A stretch of 64,000 nucleotides of DNA, from NCBI GenBank assembly GCA_049965815.1, contig JBMFVV010000005.1:7315-71314 (forward strand), written 5' to 3'. The stretch comes from Thermoplasmata archaeon. GTDB taxonomy: Archaea; Thermoplasmatota; Thermoplasmata; Thermoplasmatales; GCA-001856825. How positions within the stretch are numbered: the first letter of the stretch is position 1; the number at the start of each line of letters is the position of its first letter. Below, piece by piece: positions 31,101 through 40,743 of this stretch. The notes beneath the pieces were generated by a model that had not been told where the DNA came from, did no database searches, and was given only the letters and a program-made list of their open reading frames with translations. The translations under genes and the position numbers were made by a program.

Positions 31101-31253
31101 GGAACGCTTGAGGAGCGCATAGATGCGATGATTGAGCAGAAGAAGGAACTGGCGGAGAATATCGTGGGGGCAGGAGAAGCGTGGCTGACGGAGATGTCCA
31201 CGTCACAGCTCAAGGACATTTTCAAGCTCAGCAGGGAGGCCGTGGGTGAATGA
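28170..31253 (+). CDS. SNF2-family helicase/ATPase with a long N-terminal SNF2-associated region
   Basis: 1027 aa with motifs I LADDMGLGKT, II DEAQNIKN, III MTGTPVENRLSELW, V LKAGGVGLNLT and VI QATDRAFRIGQ. The ~550-aa N-terminal region includes PPWWQKQ and PLVNIRGKWVEI. Confidence 0.9.
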   Translation: MIVVHGTALKGRFYLWAETSRSIPGRNKKKKAHPFALQSDDLLKILLKFSNSAAISTVRETSVALMLPSTSCCPMPSPQLILEKGNNAMEAVRISEWSVPALMLEPDKGAEMLISLPVDPPPGIIYGGSLLFWVEVAKFNFELISRHCLIPSLEKAEHSQMKGRQRKELIEARWKIFLSDEDAHRLEKLSSMMPQVCMAFADNEYEQKYDLVYDFINSSTDKFVREISAQSNLKLGKEMHGTEMLWLQSLISEEPAVEVDREKLDIFSMQMNSWLSRANPVPADSSFRTCFRIEPPENGGTMDGKWQVTYHLQAMDDRSLLVPAQDIWKRGSSEMTFIRKHFENPQERLLEDLGRASAIFPLIEDSLKDARPASLVLETKDAYTFLKEGAPLLEQSGFGILFPPWWQKQTSNVGVKLKFRPKNYSTGKPGLLGVNGLVEYNWSIAVGDETFSPEEFRKLADLKMPLVNIRGKWVEIRSGDMDKAIKFFKEIHGNGEMTFGEAMRLALGREDTSTGLPITAVETEGWIGNMMRGLSDGIKFAEINAPETFNGQLRPYQVNGVSWLEFLRQTGFGACLADDMGLGKTIQLIALLLHERTVSSSTRTLIICPMSIVGNWYREIKRFGPSLKVIVHHGSDRLTGKNFEREIKNYDVVITTYSLAARDEGVISSVEWNRIVLDEAQNIKNQETKQSQAIRKLRSRYKVAMTGTPVENRLSELWSIMDFLNPGYLGTFSDFRKNFAIPIERFRNGERAERLRKLIQPFLLRRLKTDPKIIRDLPEKMEMKVLCNLTREQATLYEAVVKDMVEKIEHSEGIERKGIILSTLTKLKQVCNHPAQFLHDRSSFEGRSGKMARLEEMIDEAISEGDKSLIFTQFREMGEMIQKDLEEKFGAEVLFLHGGTPKKQRDLMVQRFQEDSRGPKVFILSLKAGGVGLNLTAANRVFHFDRWWNPAVENQATDRAFRIGQTRNVQVHKFVTVGTLEERIDAMIEQKKELAENIVGAGEAWLTEMSTSQLKDIFKLSREAVGE

Positions 31254-31295
31254 CCATGGAAAGAGGAGAAGTAATGGCGCAAGGGGAAGGGTGAG

Positions 31296-32192
31296 GTGGG
31301 GATGTACTATAACTGGTACTATTACCGCCGTCCCAAGCCTATACCCGTGGATAATGGGATAAGGACAAAGAGCAAGCATGGGGAGATAGGGGAGAAATGG
31401 TGGTCAAAAAAGTGGATCCAGACGCTGGAATCATTCGACATTGGAGAAAGGCTTCAGCGTGGACGCTCGTACGCAAGGAGGGGGCAGGTGTTGTCAATAG
31501 ACATTCAGAAAGGAATGGTAACTGCAAAAGTACAGGGATCCAGACCCAATCCTTATTCAGTGAAGATTCAGCTGAAGAAGCTTGACGATGGGGAATGGGA
31601 CAGGGTCGCCCATGTCCTTGCATCCAAGGCAATATTTGCCGCAAAGCTTCTCGCAGGAGAGATGCCAAACAACATAGAGGAAGCTTTCAGCGCAGCAAAC
31701 GTCTCAATCTTCCCAAGGAAAGGGGAGGACCTTGAAACTGAATGCACCTGCCCGGACTGGTCCAACCCGTGCAAACACATAGCTGCAGTTTATTACATCC
31801 TTGCTGAGCGATTTGACGAGGACCCTTTCCTCATATTCAAACTGAGGGGGAGGACAAAGGAAGAAGTCATTGAAATCCTGCGAAAGATTAGAAATGAGGT
31901 CTATGATGAATCAGCAGGAAAAACGCCACGTGCAAAAAAGATGGGGATACCCAAGGATAAGAAAATAGAGGCTCCGAGGGAAAATGTCAATGATTTTTGG
32001 CTCCTCCCTGAGGGAGTTGAAACATTCAGGATAAGCCCAGAAAAGCCAGAAGTGGATAATGCGATTATCAAAAGGCTTGGTACGCCACCTTTTGGGATGA
32101 ATAGTGAAGATGTTTCAAAAATTTTGTCCAAAATTTACAATGCTGCAAGTGAGAGGGCATTGAGAGAAATTATGAAAGACGAAGACAAATGA
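31296..32192 (+). CDS. SWIM zinc-finger protein
   Basis: 298 aa from a GTG start (an ATG follows at 31302). It carries the CxCx(n)CxH signature CTCPDWSNPCKH and lies 42 nt downstream of the SNF2 gene. Confidence 0.85.
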   Translation: MGMYYNWYYYRRPKPIPVDNGIRTKSKHGEIGEKWWSKKWIQTLESFDIGERLQRGRSYARRGQVLSIDIQKGMVTAKVQGSRPNPYSVKIQLKKLDDGEWDRVAHVLASKAIFAAKLLAGEMPNNIEEAFSAANVSIFPRKGEDLETECTCPDWSNPCKHIAAVYYILAERFDEDPFLIFKLRGRTKEEVIEILRKIRNEVYDESAGKTPRAKKMGIPKDKKIEAPRENVNDFWLLPEGVETFRISPEKPEVDNAIIKRLGTPPFGMNSEDVSKILSKIYNAASERALREIMKDEDK

Positions 32193-32224
32193 ATAGTGTT
32201 CTTCCATGTTTTTCGGTATTTATG

Positions 32225-32285
32225 ATCTCGCCCCGAAGAAGCCCACCTGCTATTGCCGTGGGAGGAACTGCGACATGGTTATATT
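32225..32285 (+). repeat. Orphan TnpB 3'-end / right-end-like hairpin remnant
   Basis: GAAG-CCCAC-CTGCTATTGCC-GTGGG-AGGA (stem 32242-32246 / 32258-32262) has the same flanks and geometry as the tnpB-terminal hairpins. Confidence 0.35.
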
Positions 32286-32359
32286 TCACCTTGAGCTCCA
32301 CACCCTTTGGTCTCTAGTAATCTGTTGTAGGTACTGATTCTTTCTGTGTCTTTAAATGA

Positions 32360-33014
32360 TTGTTATTTGTATCTGCATATCTGATGCACATGTCTTTTAA
32401 CATCCGTTATTCAGATGGAAACATGTTCCTGAGGATCACAAGGGTGAAGAGAGGTTCAGCCATACTTGAATGTGCTTCCATAGCTGAGAGGAAGATCGAA
32501 GATGGTAAACAGAAGACTGTAACTCTAAACTTGACTTCCGCACTTGATATTTTGTGAGAGCTCAATATTTATCCGTATTATGCTGCTTCTCCTGCAGAGA
32601 CAATCTTTATTTTGTTAGTGCACCATCCACTATCCTTTCCGGATACTCCACACCAAGCTGTTTACGATTCCAATCTCATCATTACTTTACCCGATCTGAA
32701 GCGTACCGGCGTAACCTTCAGGTATGAGAGCGATCTGGATGCTTGAGATAAGGCCGGTATACCACAGGAAGTCTGAGAGGATAAGGGCACATGTGTTCAT
32801 ATGCGTCTTATCCCTGCTACTGTCTAGGATCATGGAGAAGCAGGCAGGAAGGACTATTGAAAGCATAACAAGGGACCTGGATTATCTGGATGTTGTTCCA
32901 ATCCATGTGGAGGATAGATTGGTTTTCGTGTCATCCGACAACAGCAGGGCATCAGACATACTGAAAATCCTGGGAGTCCCATACCCGAGAATACTGGAAA
33001 GTGCACATACATAA
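32360..33014 (+). pseudogene. IS1634/IS4-like DDE transposase remnant with an internal deletion
   Basis: An N-terminal piece (FLRITRVKRGSAILECASIAERKIEDGKQKTVTLNL) and a C-terminal piece (LEIRPVYHRKSERIRAHVFICVLSLLLSRIME) are separated by only ~170 nt. The catalytic core is missing. Confidence 0.6.
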
Positions 33015-33111
33015 TTCTTCACAATTGTCTGGAAACACAGTCAGGATAAGGGTCCAGATCAAATATTGTAAATGGTTATAGTGCGGAACTCAAGTTTGGA
33101 ATTCAGGAACC

Positions 33112-34281
33112 TTGGTAATTAGGAGGAAATTTGGAGGAACACTGGCTGTTGCATTTTCTACGTTTATCGCCTTCATGGGAATAGGTGTTGTCGATCCGCT
33201 GCTCCCTTTGATTGGAAAGCAGATGGGGGCGTCCCCATTCCAGGTGGAATGGCTATTTACAAGCTACATAGCAGTTATGTCCCTTTCAATGTTCATATCA
33301 GGATATTTTTTCACTAGATTTGGTAGCAAGAAGACTCTGATTACTGGTCTCCTGATCGTGGTTCTGTTCGCTACGCTTTCTGGACTATCGCCGAATATCT
33401 CAATATTCGCAGTATTCAGGGGTGGTTGGGGACTGGGAAATGCCTTCTTCACGTCCACAGCACTCTCTATAATACTTGGAATATCTGCCGGCAAACTTGA
33501 GAGGTCCATCACAATTTATGAAGCTGCTCTTGGCCTAGGAATAGCATCTGGCCCGCTTCTGGGTGGTTTTTTGGGAACATTCGACTGGCGGTATCCTTTT
33601 TTTGGCACTGCAACTCTGATGGCCATAGGATTTATTGTAACTGTGGCGTTTGTTAGTGAACCGAAAAATAAGGAAAAGCGCAGGACACCTATTGAAATTA
33701 TTGAGGCCCTCCGGAACCCTGGAGTAAGGATAAATTCGCTAATTGCTCTTGGGTACAACTTTGGATTTTTCACAATACTTGCATACACCCCCCTCACACT
33801 CTCTGGGCTTACGACTATCCAGCTTAGAATCACCTATTTTTTCTGGGGGACACTGGTAGCTTTCTCGTCTGTCGTCCTGGTTCCCAAACTTATTAAGGTG
33901 ATTGATAGGATGAGGCTTCTTGAAATAAATCTCTTGATTTTTGCTTTCCTCTTTGTTGTTATGGGGGAATACCCAGATTACAGACTATTTGCGGTTGTAT
34001 TATCTGGCCTTCTCTGTGGTATTTCCAATGCTTCATTCACGTCACTCGCAATGGAGGTTTCACCTTATTCAAGGTCCGTCTCATCAGCTGCATATAATTT
34101 CTTGAGATGGGCTGGAGCTGCCATTGCACCCATTCTCGCAGGAATTCTGGGGCAAATATACGGCTTTTCCTTCCCATTTTATGTTGTTGCTCCGGTGATT
34201 CTGATCGCCAGTGCTTCATTGTTCATATACGCGCCGAGGCTAAGGTCTGCAATCACAGCGAACGCCTCAAAAACAAATTGA
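33112..34281 (+). CDS. MFS transporter
   Basis: 389 aa with about 12 TM segments. Confidence 0.75.
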   Translation: MVIRRKFGGTLAVAFSTFIAFMGIGVVDPLLPLIGKQMGASPFQVEWLFTSYIAVMSLSMFISGYFFTRFGSKKTLITGLLIVVLFATLSGLSPNISIFAVFRGGWGLGNAFFTSTALSIILGISAGKLERSITIYEAALGLGIASGPLLGGFLGTFDWRYPFFGTATLMAIGFIVTVAFVSEPKNKEKRRTPIEIIEALRNPGVRINSLIALGYNFGFFTILAYTPLTLSGLTTIQLRITYFFWGTLVAFSSVVLVPKLIKVIDRMRLLEINLLIFAFLFVVMGEYPDYRLFAVVLSGLLCGISNASFTSLAMEVSPYSRSVSSAAYNFLRWAGAAIAPILAGILGQIYGFSFPFYVVAPVILIASASLFIYAPRLRSAITANASKTN

Positions 34282-34398
34282 TTTCGGAAATAAAGATACG
34301 TAACTTGAATCCAATTAAATCCAAACTAATTTAGTGGAAAACGAGTCAACACTTAAGTGTCCTTTCCCCTTTGAATAGAGAGTGGGAAATGTAGGACA

Positions 34399-34662
34399 TT
34401 AAAGAACGAAAGAAGATACTCCTTGGATTCTGCCCATCCCACTTGCAATCTTTTTCCATGACTCGCCCAAGTCGGTTGAACCAAACAGGTCGCCACTCGA
34501 CGTCCCGAAATATATACCGGGCTCATCAAGTGAATCTTCCTCCATTGCGTCCCTTAGTACTACCGTATGCACTTCCCTGGGTAACCCGTTGCTGAGTACT
34601 TTCCATCTTTTGCCTGAGCTTTCCCATATCATTGGAAGGGTCAGATGCCAAGATGACAACAT
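34399..34662 (-). pseudogene. C-terminal fragment of a BNR/sialidase-like beta-propeller protein
   Basis: 87 aa ending GIYFGTSSGDLFGSTDLGESWKKIA. This resembles the last blade of ~330-aa BNR-repeat proteins, and there is no room for the rest of the gene. Confidence 0.4.
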
Positions 34663-34745
34663 TTAATCGTTGCCAAGTCACGTGTATGCGTCATGATTGT
34701 AGTTCAATTAGCAGGCGTTAACAGTCCACGTAGAATCATAAGATA

Positions 34746-35510
34746 TCAGATTGCATTCACAGCAAATCCAATCAAGAATCCTAAGATTATACCTGTATAC
34801 ACGAGGGAATTTGATTTTACAGATTCCGCCTGTTTAAACAGATTCCTTAGCATTGGAATCATCACATAAATGATTGCACCTACAGCCAGGCCGTCAAACA
34901 GGACGTTGAAGTACGGGTCAGCATAATAATAACCAATAAGGCTACCTGCTACAGTGGGGAAACCACCAATGAAGTAGAGACCTGCAAGGTAGAGTACTCT
35001 TGGTCGTTCGAATCCAATGAATGGAGATACGATTGGAAATCCCTCTGTGAAGTTCTGAAGCACAAAGCCGACAAATATCACAAGGAAAAGGCCAGTTAAT
35101 CCTACAACATACGCTGATCCAAAAACCAATCCTTCTGTCAGGTTTTGTAGGCCCATTCCAATTGCAACAATCAGTGCTACTCTCCTAGGGATGAATTGAT
35201 CGTGACGTCCAACTTTCATTCTAGGGTTTTCAATGAAATACAAAATACTGAAGAGACCTCCAACAGATATTATGAAGATCAAAGTCGATAAAGGGTTGGC
35301 AACGTAGGAACCGTTGGAATATATCTGGGAACTGACATCAGAAAATATATCGGCCACAAGGAAGACTAAAATTCCTACTGCAAATGAAACGAGAAGAACT
35401 GTAGTCCTGATTTCCATCTTTCTTCTCAGTATAATTGGGAAAGATAGGTAAATTGAAAAACCCATCAAAAGGGTCAATCCTAACATATTGTAGAAGGATC
35501 CGCTGATCAA
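34746..35510 (-). CDS. ZIP-family metal cation transporter
   Basis: 254 aa, polytopic, with GLQNLTEGL and QNFTEGFP motifs that resemble the ZIP HNxxEG signature. Confidence 0.7.
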   Translation of the reverse strand: MISGSFYNMLGLTLLMGFSIYLSFPIILRRKMEIRTTVLLVSFAVGILVFLVADIFSDVSSQIYSNGSYVANPLSTLIFIISVGGLFSILYFIENPRMKVGRHDQFIPRRVALIVAIGMGLQNLTEGLVFGSAYVVGLTGLFLVIFVGFVLQNFTEGFPIVSPFIGFERPRVLYLAGLYFIGGFPTVAGSLIGYYYADPYFNVLFDGLAVGAIIYVMIPMLRNLFKQAESVKSNSLVYTGIILGFLIGFAVNAI

Positions 35511-35692
35511 TCTAGACTCCCCTCTCTAATACAGCATCTTTTGATAGCTTCTTAGTCATAATTAGGCTACCCTAATTTCTCTAAGTGTTATAAAATATAA
35601 CATTTATCTCGCAAATCAAATGACAATAACGATGAAAACGATAGCACCGAGGAAACTAATTATTACTACTTTGTAATCTTAGTCTGATACAA

Positions 35693-37348
35693 ATGATTAG
35701 AGAAATTCATTCCCCCAGGGGTAATAAACTTAACACAAAGGGTTGGGGCCAGGAAGCTGCTTTGAGGCTCCTCATGAACAATCTGGATCCAATGGTTGCA
35801 AAGGATCCGCAGAATCTCATTGTGTATGGTGGAAAAGGAAAGGCCGCAAGGAACTGGGAAGCCTTTGATAAAATAGTTGAATCGCTCAAGTCCCTTGAGA
35901 ATGACGAAACTCTACTGATACAGTCCGGGAAGCCAGTTGGAATTTTCAGGACAACGGAAAATTCTCCAAGGGTGCTTATCGTGAATGCCCAGATTATACC
36001 AAGGTGGGCAACAGATGACATTTTCTGGGACCTGGAAGCGAAGGGGTTGACAATGTATGGCCAGATGACCGCAGGATCGTGGGTCTATATAGGTACCCAG
36101 GGTATTCTTCAGGGAACGTACGAGACTCTTTCAGCACTTGCCAAGAAGGAATTCGGTGCTTATTCGCTCAAGGGAAAATGGGTGTTATCTTCGGGACTCG
36201 GTGAGATGGGAGGAGCTCAACCGTTGGCTATAAAGATGAATGAAGGTGTCGCTCTGGTTGTGGAAGTTGACATGGAGAAGATCAACAGACGACTGAGAGA
36301 CAAGTACCTTGACAATTGGACTGACTCGCTGGATCGCGCTCTGGAAATGAAGGATGATGCCATCAGGGCCGGAGAAGCAGTGTCAATAGGTCTTCTGGGC
36401 AATGCGGCAACAGTTTATGATGAACTTGTAAGAAGAAAAATAGTCCCAGATGTTGTGACTGATCAGACGGCTGCCCACGACCTAAATTTAGGGTACATAC
36501 CGGAAGGATTCGATGTCAAGGGTGCTTATGAATACAGAGACAGGAACCCTCAGGACTATAAGAAGAAGGTATACGCATCCATTGTCAAAGAAGTTAAAGC
36601 TATTCTGTGGTTCAAGGAAAGAGGGTCCAAAGTTTTCGACTACGGAAACAACCTTAGGACAAGGGCAAAGGAAGGTGGGTATGATAGGGCGTTCGAAATA
36701 CCGGGTTACGTTCCTGGTTATATCAGAGATCTTTTCACTATTGGATCGGGCCCGTTCAGGTGGCTAGCACTTTCAGGGGAACCCAACGATATATATGCAA
36801 TAGATGACAAAATCGTTGAGATTTTCAAAGATGATGAACATCTTGTGAAATGGATCAAGCTCGCAAAATCCATGGTTCATTTCCAGGGTCTGCCTGCCAG
36901 GATCTGTTATGCTAAATATGGACAGAGAGAGCAGCTTGGCCTCATGATGAATGACATGGTGAGGAACGGAGAGGTTTCGGCCCCAATAGCAATTGGGAGG
37001 GATCACCACGACACTGGGTCAGTAGCATCTCCCTACAGGGAGACGGAAGCGATGAAGGATGGTAGTGATGCAATCGCGGACTGGCCGATTCTAAATGCAC
37101 TGCTAAATGCCATATCAGGTGCAACATGGGTCAGCGTACATCATGGTGGCGGTACCGGTATAGGCAATAGTATTCATTCTGGCATGGTCATAGTCGCAGA
37201 TGGAACCAAGAGCGCTGAAGAAAAGATCAAGAGGGTGTTAAATGCAGATCCGGGAAGTGGAGTGATTAGGCATGCTGATGCAGGCTACGAAGATTCCATT
37301 AATTTAATCAAGAAAGGAGTAAAATTCAGGACACCTTACTTCAAGTGA
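35693..37348 (+). CDS. hutU: Urocanate hydratase
   Basis: 551 aa with [14 protein letters not shown] and the NAD-site [12 protein letters not shown]. The family resemblance holds along the full length. Confidence 0.95.
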   Translation: MIREIHSPRGNKLNTKGWGQEAALRLLMNNLDPMVAKDPQNLIVYGGKGKAARNWEAFDKIVESLKSLENDETLLIQSGKPVGIFRTTENSPRVLIVNAQIIPRWATDDIFWDLEAKGLTMYGQMTAGSWVYIGTQGILQGTYETLSALAKKEFGAYSLKGKWVLSSGLGEMGGAQPLAIKMNEGVALVVEVDMEKINRRLRDKYLDNWTDSLDRALEMKDDAIRAGEAVSIGLLGNAATVYDELVRRKIVPDVVTDQTAAHDLNLGYIPEGFDVKGAYEYRDRNPQDYKKKVYASIVKEVKAILWFKERGSKVFDYGNNLRTRAKEGGYDRAFEIPGYVPGYIRDLFTIGSGPFRWLALSGEPNDIYAIDDKIVEIFKDDEHLVKWIKLAKSMVHFQGLPARICYAKYGQREQLGLMMNDMVRNGEVSAPIAIGRDHHDTGSVASPYRETEAMKDGSDAIADWPILNALLNAISGATWVSVHHGGGTGIGNSIHSGMVIVADGTKSAEEKIKRVLNADPGSGVIRHADAGYEDSINLIKKGVKFRTPYFK

Positions 37349-37390
37349 TGTATGACAGTAAGGAGATAAAGTGTGCATAGCACACGACTC

Positions 37391-38293
<903 letters not shown>

Positions 38294-38814
38294 TTATTTT
38301 CGCTAGATATATAATATATTGGCCCTATAACGTAATAATAATGATAGGAGACTCTTAGATTTCAATACGGACAAAAGAAGAGAAAATTGTACGTTTACAG
38401 AAGTTCTAGACATAGTCTCCAGATGATTCATAATGCACAATTAACGAATACTGGAAGTGCAAAGAAAGGATTGAAAATCAATCACAATGTCCATGCAAAA
38501 CATCAGTCTGGTATAATAGGGCTGTGGAAGCACTTGGAGAGTACTTCTCAAAACAGATGCTGTGAAAAATTCACTTTATTCTTCGAGTATCCAGAATGGA
38601 GATTTGTTCGAGGGCTGCCTTCTATAAAGAAGAGCAATGAAGTACTTCATATCTGAGTATCTCTGCCACGCCAGCAATATTTTAGGTATTCTGAATCCAT
38701 TTGAGCGTAGTCTACCGAATTGAAAGTGAGGATGCTGCTCAATTGCATACACCTCATTCCATATGTGGCAGTTTGAGAGATGGAACCGAATCTACCTTTG
38801 TTACTAGTGTGATG

Positions 38815-40075
38815 GTATGTTAAGAGGAGGAGTGACTCTCCTCCTGCAGGAAACATAATAATCATCTAGATTGTGGGATGACCGTTAGGAGGCGATCGTC
38901 CCACGTATACTGGAATGGATATCTCGGTAAAGGAGATTGTGTGCACCACAATAGATGAAGACGGAAATGTAGTGAGGAAGGACACATTTGAGAACAGATT
39001 TGAGAAACTTGATGAATTTCTCAGGAACTTCTCTGAGGGAGATAGCTTTGTAATGGAATCAACAGGATTCTATGAACCCCTCTACGATTTCATAGAATCA
39101 AGGGGATTCAAGGTGAAGCTTGCAAATCCACTGAAGATAAAGCTGATAGCTGAATCCAGGATCAAGAATGATGACATTGATTCAGAAATACTCGCTAAGC
39201 TCCTGAGGAACAACTGGATTCCCGAATCCTACGTTCCAAAGAAGGAGATAAGGGAGATAAGAAGGATAGTGAGAACCAGGATTGACATAAGGAGAACTAT
39301 GACATCGTATAAAAACAGGATAAAGATAGAGATGAAGATCCCTTCACCATTGAAGGGAAGGTATTCCTCAGAAGCTTGAAATCACAGAGGGTTGATTCAT
39401 ATCTCAACGTTCTTAGCGGCCTTGAAGATGAGGTGAGGAGGATTGACAGGGAACTAAAGAAATACGAGGGCATAGAGGAAGTGAAGCTGCTCCAGACAAT
39501 TCCAGGCATAGGACTGTTCTCAGCCCTGATCATATATTCCGAAATAGGAGACATAAGCAGGTTTCCCAGCTCATCGAAGCTTCTCTCTTACGCGGGAACA
39601 ATACCCTCTGTTAGGCAATCATCAGACGTGATACAGTACGGAAGGATAACACGACAGGGTTCAAAGGATCTCAGGTGGATCATTACTGAGTGCCTTTACA
39701 TTCACCTGAGATTCGATCCCTCTTCCTCCGTATCAAGATTCTACAGGAGGATATCAAGGGGGAAGAGGAAGAAGGGTAGGGCAATAGTTGCTGCTTCAAA
39801 CAAGCTTCTGAAGATAATCTACTGGGTTCTCAAAGAGAGGAGGCCCTATATATCAAGCTCAACAGAGTAGCCTCACTAACTTAACTGATGGAGAGCATCG
39901 CTGGTGTGATTGAGGGAGTCTGTTGGGAAATGGTCAGATTATCCACAGTGAGGGTAAAGGCCTCGGATAGATGTATGACCGCTATTTATTTCCCCTCAAT
40001 TGCTGGAGGTTGTTAAGAAAAGCTAAAGAGCATCAATCCATTGATGCCATTAAGCGGCATCCCTCTTAACATAGA
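38815..40075 (+). mobile_element. IS110-family insertion sequence (boundaries tentative)
   Basis: Contains the split IS110 transposase, a structured 5' leader (hairpins at 38825-38845 and 38873-38904) and a 3' palindrome at 40030-40047. The ends are guessed from a weak 9-bp inverted match. Confidence 0.4.
38915..39870 (+). pseudogene. IS110-family DEDD transposase, disrupted by a -1 frameshift near 39313-39340
   Basis: The N-terminal ORF (38915-39379) has the DEDD/RuvC-like region ...FVMESTGFYEPLYDF.... The C-terminal ORF (39376-39870) has LQTIPGIGLFSALIIYSEIGDISRF. The second frame is already open from 39313 (..DEDPFTIEGKVFLRSL..), so the two frames overlap. Confidence 0.8.
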
Positions 40076-40212
40076 TGTTAAGTAATTGTTAGTCTGGTCA
40101 GAAAACATTAAACTGGAATTTTAGTGGAGGTGTTCTGACGCTCTAAACGTCCAGAATTTGGAATGATAGCACCTACCTTCGTTGATGGACAGGACAGCCC
40201 TAACCCTAGGAT

Positions 40213-40743
40213 TCAAATTCTACTATATGTGTAACTTAAATTCAGATATGGATTAATTGACAGCACCTGATTAGTTCTGGAACCGCTAATAAAGAGCAAC
40301 ACGTAATTCGTATCTGGAATGAGCCCCCACGACAACTGCAGATTCTCAGAACCTCCTGTGCTATTCAGAAAGCTAGTTGGAGTCATATTCGTAGCTATGC
40401 TTATGGTTCCTCTCGGACTTGTTTCATTGAAACCTCCCCGAAAAGGCCTGTTAGACTCATTCAACCAGTCAAACATTTGTCCTGGAGTCATGAGAAATAT
40501 TAGGTAACTAGATGAGTTGCTTTTTACTACGCCAGATATATGAGTTGATTTTAATGCAGGAAATGTAAACATCAAACCGTAGTAAACAAATGTCTCGTTC
40601 CCTTTAACAGTCCAGTTGCCTCCTGGACCTGTACTTTTCACTGTTACTGGCTGCGATAGCAACACTAGTGTAGAAGATACGATGACTATTATTACCACCA
40701 GAATAGATATCGCTTTCCAGTGGTTTTTGAATTTCGTAATCAT
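40213..40743 (-). CDS. Hypothetical N-terminally anchored extracellular protein, rich in N-glycosylation sequons
   Basis: 176 aa with a single N-terminal TM helix (AISILVVIIVIVSSTLVLL). I counted 8 N-X-S/T sequons by hand. Confidence 0.5.
   Translation of the reverse strand: MITKFKNHWKAISILVVIIVIVSSTLVLLSQPVTVKSTGPGGNWTVKGNETFVYYGLMFTFPALKSTHISGVVKSNSSSYLIFLMTPGQMFDWLNESNRPFRGGFNETSPRGTISIATNMTPTSFLNSTGGSENLQLSWGLIPDTNYVLLFISGSRTNQVLSINPYLNLSYTYSRI

Noticed and set aside
38387-38865. ORFs 38387-38656 (+, 89 aa) and 38647-38865 (-, 72 aa).
   Set aside because: Neither has recognisable motifs, and both have odd composition. The second runs through the perfect hairpin of the IS110 leader. I treated the region as non-coding (see the finding above).
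39305-39345. Programmed -1 ribosomal frameshifting in the IS110 transposase.
   Set aside because: There is no canonical X XXY YYZ heptamer in the zero frame (the sequence is TAT AAA AAC AGG), and I see no obvious downstream stimulatory structure. IS110 transposases are normally single ORFs. Decay or a homopolymer sequencing error is more likely.
38819-40070. 9-bp inverted match GTTAAGAGG (38819-38827) / CCTCTTAAC (40062-40070) as terminal inverted repeats of the IS110 element.
   Set aside because: A 9-mer inverted match between two ~300-nt flanks is expected by chance with a probability of a few tenths. IS110-family elements also typically lack terminal inverted repeats. I used it only as a rough boundary guess.
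40196-40225. CCCTAGGATTCAAATTC resembles the tRNA-Met 3' half (CCCTGGGTTCAAATCCC) and could be a distal att remnant extending the island to 40.2 kb.
   Set aside because: The match is only 13 of 17 positions, with no acceptor-stem continuation. It overlaps the stop region of ORF 40213-40743, and core-looking genes (hutU, pip) lie in between. This is too weak without a statistical search.
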